This document shows, piece after piece, positions 59,101 to 64,000 of a stretch of 64,000 nucleotides of DNA. A program made the position numbers and the translations under genes. How positions within the stretch are numbered: the first letter of the stretch is position 1; the number at the start of each line of letters is the position of its first letter. The notes beneath the pieces are model-generated. The model ran no database searches. It was not told where the DNA came from and saw nothing but the letters and a program-made list of their open reading frames with translations. Source of the stretch: Mobula hypostoma (Eukaryota); contig NC_086108.1 in the NCBI RefSeq assembly GCF_963921235.1, positions 69,566,001 to 69,630,000 on the forward strand. Reading direction: 5' to 3'.

Positions 59101-61646
59101 TTGAGAGTGAGCGAACGGGGACTGCAGCACGTTGAGAGTGAGAGACCGGGACTGCAGCACGTTGAGAGTGAGGGAACGGGGACTGCAGCACGTTGAGAGT
59201 GAGGGAACCGGGACTGCAGCGCGTTGAGAGTGAGGGAACCGGGACTGCAGCACGTCGAGAGTGAGGGAACCGGGACTGCAGCACGTCGAGAGTGAGGGAA
59301 CCGGGACTGCAGCGCGTCGAGAGTGAAGGAACCGGGACTGCAACGCATTGAGAGTGAAGGAACGGGGACTGCAGCACGTGGAGAGTGAGGGAACGGGGAT
59401 TGCAGCGCGTTGAGAGTGAGGGAACGGGAACTGCAGCGCGTTGAGAGTGAGGGAACGGGGACTGCAGCGCGTTGAGAGTGAGGGAACCGGGACTGCAGCG
59501 CGTTGAGAGTGAGGGAACGGGGACTGCAGCGCGTTGAGAGTGAGGGAACGGGGACTGCAGCGCGTTGAGAGTGAGGGAACGGGGACTGCAGCGCGTTGAG
59601 AGTGAGGGAACGGGGACTGCAGCGCGTTGAGAGTGAGGGAACGGGGACTGCAGCACGTCGAGAGTGAGGGAACCGACACTGCAGCACGTCGAGAGTGAGG
59701 GAACCGGGGACTGCAGCACGTCGAGAGTGAGGGAACCGGGGACTGCAGCACATCGAGAGTGAGGGAACGGGGACTGCAGCACGTTGAGAGTGAGGGAACG
59801 GGGACTGCAGCACGTCGAGAGTGAGGGAACCGACACTGCAGCACGTCGAGAGTGAGGGAACCGGGGACTGCAGCACGTCGAGAGTGAGGGAACCGGGGAC
59901 TGCAGCACATCGAGAGTGAGGGAACGGGGACTGCAGCACGTTGAGAGTGAGGGAACGGGGACTGCAGCGCGTTGAGAGTGAGGGAACGGGGACTGCAGCA
60001 CGTTGAGAGTGAGGGAACGGGGACTGCAGCACATTGAGAGTGAGGGAACCGGGACTGCAGCACGTTGAGAGTGAGGGAACCGGGAGTGCAGCACGTTGAG
60101 AGTGAGGGAACGGGGACTGCAGCACGTTGAGAGTGAGGGAACGGGGACTGCAGCACGTTGAGAGTGAGGGAACGGGGACTGCAGCACGTTGAGAGTGAGG
60201 GAACCTGTATTACAGGAACCGGGACTGCAGCACATTGAGAGTGAGGGAACCGGGACTGCAGCACGTTGAGAGTGAGGGAACCGGGACTGCAGCACGTTGA
60301 GAGTGAGGGAACCGGGACTGCAGCACGTTGAGAGTGAGGGAACCGGGACTGCAGCACGTTGAGAGTGAGGGAACAGGGACTGCAGCACGTTGAGAGTGAG
60401 GGAACCGGGACTGCAGCACGTTGAGAGTGAGGGAACGGGGACTGCAGCACGTTGAGAGTGAGGGAACCGGGACTGCAGCACGTTGAGAGTGAGGGAACCG
60501 GGACTGCAGCACGTTGAGAGTGAGGGAACGGGGACTGCAGCACGTTGAGAGTGAGCGAACGGGGACTGAAGCACGTTGAGAGTGAGCGAACGGGGACTGC
60601 AGCACGTTGAGATTGAGGGAACGGGGACTGCAGCACGTTGAAATTGAGGGAACGGGGACTGCAGCACATTGAGAGTGAGGGAACGGGGACTGCAGCACGT
60701 TGAGAGTGAGGGAACGGGGACTGCAGCACGTTGAGAGTGAGGGAACGGGGACTGCAGCGCGTTGAGAGTGAGGGAACGGGGACTGCAGCGCGTTGAGAGT
60801 GAGGGAACGGGGACTGCAGCGCGTTGAGAGTGAGGGAACCGGGACTGCAGCGCGTTGAGAGTGAGGGAACCGGGACTGCAGCACGTTGAGAGTGAGGGAA
60901 CCGGGACTGCAGCACGTTGGGAGTGAGCGAACGGGGACTGCAGCACGTTGGGAGTGAGCGAACGGGGACTGCAGCACGTTGGGAGTGAGCGAACGGGGAC
61001 TGCAGCACGTTGAGAGTGAGGGAACCGGGACTGCAGCACGTTGAGAGTGAGGGAACCGGGACTGCAGCACGTTGAGAGTGAGCGAACGGGGACTGCAGCA
61101 CGTTGAGAGTGAGCGAACGGGGACTGCAGCACGTTGAGAGTGAGGGAACGGGGACTGCAGCACGTTGAGAGTGAGGGAACGGGGACTGCAGCGCGTTGAG
61201 AGTGAGGGAACGGGGACTGCAGCGCGTTGAGAGTGAGGGAACGGGGACTGCAGCGCGTTGAGAGTGAGGGAACGGGGACTGCAGCGCGTTGAGAGTGAGG
61301 GAACGGGGACTGCAGCGCGTTGAGAGTGAGGGAACGGGGACTGAAGCACGTTGAGAGTGAGGGAACGGGGACTGCAGCGCGTTGAGAGTGAGGGAACGGG
61401 GACTGCAGCACGTTGAGAGTGAGGGAACCGGGACTGCAGCACGTTGAGACTGAGGGAACCGGGACTGCAGCACGTTGAGAGTGAGGGAACCGGGAGTGCA
61501 GCACGTTGAGAGTGAGGGAACCGGGAGTGCAGTACGTTGAGACTGAGGGAACCGGGACTGCAGCACGTTGAAAGTGAGGGAACCGGGACTGCAACACGTT
61601 GAGAGTGAGGGAACGGGGACTGCAGCACGTTGAAAGTGAGGGAACC
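40992..61646. repeat. Tandem array (mini/macrosatellite) of a 31-bp unit GGGAAC(G/C)GGGACTGCAGC(A/G)CGTTGAGAGTGA, about 660 copies
   Basis: Unit read directly from the sequence; one PstI site (CTGCAG) in most units; copy number is approximate (length/31) and the array spans an N gap. Confidence 0.99.
57685..57884. other. Assembly gap (200 N) inside the array
   Basis: Run of n; the round size suggests a placeholder for a gap of unknown length. Confidence 0.99.
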
Positions 61647-61759
61647 AAGACCTCAGTGAGTTAAAATGGAATGCCGGAACATCACCTGGAGAGCTGGGTA
61701 TCCACAGGGATTTCTGAACAATCGAATACTATTATTGGAGTTTCATTATACTGAAAGTT

Positions 61760-62010
61760 CAAGGTGGTGATATCAAAAACAAGGATATACAAGTTTAAAC
61801 TGAGAGGATGGGAGTTTTAAAGGGGATTTGAGGAGCAAATTTAACAGAAAGTGGTGATGAGTGGAGCTCATTGCCAAAGGTAGTGACAGAATGAGATGCA
61901 ATCACTACTTAAATAGACAAGACATACAAGGATGTGGAACTGATGCAGGGGAATGGGATCAGTGTAGATTGGAAAAGAGGTTAGCATGGAGATTATATAC
62001 TGATGGGCTC
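61760..62010 (+). mobile_element. Degenerate CR1 3' fragment
   Basis: tttaaaaggggatttgagg...acagaaagtggtg..tggagctcattgcca pattern, as in the other CR1 ends. Confidence 0.55.
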
Positions 62011-62789
62011 ACTTTGCGGTTAAACTATAACTGTGACGACAAAAGGAGGGCACTTGGTCCTTCAAGCCACTGTCAACTCTTTAAAAACTCATTTAACCCC
62101 ATGGATCAGATTGAAAGTTCTAATGCAGTGGATTAAATACATCAATTTGAATTTTGAACTCTTCCACAATAATGAGAGAGAAGTTAGAGAATTTTGAAAC
62201 TGGTTACTATCAGAATTTAGGAACTCATTTGGAACCAAAGTCACTTGCAGATTTGAAATTTTGATCAACACTAAAAAGAAAGAAAATGGAGAGCTGAAAC
62301 AACAGCTGTAAAGCTGTTCAATTACTTACACATTGTGCATTTCCTTAAACCCTACATAACCACTTCGAAATCCGGCAGAAACTGACAAACAGCTTGAGAG
62401 CTAGACAGCAAGCAAACAGTTCACAACCTGATACAGTATGTGAAAACAAGTGGCAGCAGAGGTTTGTAGCTTAATTGGTAGATGCACAGAATATTTCATT
62501 TATTCCAGAGAAATACTAAACACTCAGAAAGCCTAAGAAATATGTCAGTGCTGGTTACAAACACATGTCTTCTTGAGGGTTTTTAAAAAAACATTCTGGC
62601 TCATGTTAAAACAATATTATCACAACTGGTTTATAACTGCGTTTGCCAAATTAAATTGCTTTAAGTTATGTCTAGGTTCCGTTACAGCCCTGGAGTCCAT
62701 GGATAGTTGGGAATTTTTTCCAACTAGCACCTCATCATCAATTCTAAAATATTCTTGATTATATAAATTGTATAAATCTACTCAATTAA

Positions 62790-63110
62790 CATAGAACACG
62801 GAACAGTACAGCATTGTACAGGCCCTCCAGTTTACAATCCTGTGCTAATCTTTTAACCTATTCCAAATTCAACCCTTCTCTCCTACATAATGCATAACCC
62901 TCCAATATTTCTTTCATCCCTCTGCCTAAAAATCTCTTAATTATCTCCAGTGTATCAGCTTTGACTACCAGCCTCAGTAGTGCTCCCAGGCACTTACCAC
63001 TGTGTAAAAATCCTACTACATACATCTGACCTTTCTCCAGTCACGCGATACAGATGCCCTCTGGTATCAGCTATTGCTATCCTGGGAAAAAAAGGCGCTG
63101 GTCATCCACT
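62790..63110 (-). mobile_element. CR1 3' end
   Basis: catagaaca..gaacagtacagca...caggccct tail seen on the plus strand. Confidence 0.6.
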
Positions 63111-63117
63111 ATATCCA

Positions 63118-63641
63118 CATTCAGTGGCCACTTTAACTAGGTACAGGAGTAGAACCTGGTGTGATTTTCTACTGCTGTAGACTGTCCACTTCGAGGTTTG
63201 ACGTGTTATGAGTTCAGAGATGCTCTTCTGCACACCACTGCTATTACACATAGTTACTTGAGTTACTGTCACCTTTCTGTCAGCTTGAACCAGCCTGGTC
63301 ATTCCTTCTGACCTTTCTCATTAACAAAGCGCTTTTGCCCACAGAACTGCTGCTCATTAGATGTTTTTTTTTAATTTTCACACCATTCTCTGTAAACTCT
63401 AAAGACTGTTGTACATGAAAATCCCAGATCAGCGGTTTCTGAAAGACTCAACCGCCCTGTCATTCCACAGTCAAAGTCACTTAGGTCACATTTCTTCCCC
63501 ATTCTAATATTTGTTCTGACCAGCAACTGAACCTCTTGACCATGTCCACATGCTTTTATGCATTGAGTTGCTGCCACGTGATTGGCTGATTAGATATTTG
63601 CATTAATGAGCTGGTGTACCGAATAGGGTGGCCACTGAGTA
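63118..63641 (-). mobile_element. Internally deleted Tc1-like transposon (TIRs plus N-terminal HTH remnant)
   Basis: TIRs tcagtggccact...ggtaca / tgtacc...gtggccactga; peptides MGKKCDLSDFDCGM..SETADLGFS.TTV.RVYREW and RLVQADRK.TVTQ. Confidence 0.85.
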
Positions 63642-63699
63642 TGTTTTTCAATTCAACCCTATTCTCCTGCCTTCTCCACATAATCTTTGATGCAAGATC

Positions 63700-64000
63700 T
63701 TTACATCACTAGCTGTAGAATTGGGTTTCAATCTCTGCTGCTATCTGTAAGCAGTTTGCACATTCTCCCGCATCAACTTCTCCTGGGTGCTCCAGTTTCT
63801 GCCCACGTTCCGAAGACATATAGAATGAGTTAGGGTTAGTCAGTTATGGACATACGATGTATGTTGACGTCGAAAGCATGGCAACACTTGTGGGCTGCCC
63901 CAGAACAATCCCTAGACTGTGTTGGTTGTTGATGCAAACGATGCATTTCACTGTTTGCTTCAATGTACATTTGACACATAAAGCTAATCTAATCTAATCT
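63700..64000 (+). mobile_element. SINE (V-SINE-like) ending in (AATCT)n
   Basis: tttgcacattctccc...ctcctgggtgctccagtttc core; ataaagct followed by aatct repeats. Confidence 0.6.

Noticed and set aside
40992..61646. CRISPR array
   Set aside because: Units are head-to-tail with no unique spacers, there are no cas genes, and the context is a eukaryotic intron.
40892..61648. Giant ORFs (4926, 3551, 2111 aa and others) as real mucin-like genes
   Set aside because: All three frames give the same 31-aa repeat, starts are mostly non-ATG, the period is 31 nt rather than a multiple of 3, and there are no unique domains or signal peptide. This is a satellite artefact.
61650..64000. EPS15 exon 1 or promoter
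   Set aside because: No CpG island and no MAA...LSLTQ-like exon found; the region is mostly repeat fragments.

Overview
Vertebrate genomic DNA, most likely a cartilaginous fish (inferred from the CR1, Penelope, Rex1 and V-SINE-like repeat content). The window holds 11 consecutive coding exons (exons 2-12 by comparison with human) of EPS15 on the minus strand, 6679..40039. They have GT-AG sites and compatible phases, and give 1121 nt encoding EH1, EH2, EH3 and the start of the coiled coil. Exon 1 and exons 13 onward were not found and probably lie outside the window. The introns are full of mobile elements: three solo LTRs with 4-bp TSDs; CR1, RTE, Rex1/Babar and HERO-type LINE fragments; Tc1-like transposons; SINEs; and Penelope-like fragments with hammerhead-ribozyme-like motifs. 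The dominant oddity is a ~21 kb array of a 31-bp GC-rich unit in presumed intron 1 (about 660 copies, with a 200-N gap). It shows a ~6.15 kb higher-order duplication and a duplicated left flank. Its multi-thousand-codon ORFs follow from the unit sequence and are not evidence of a gene. I found no convincing new protein-coding system. Repeat boundaries without TSDs are approximate.
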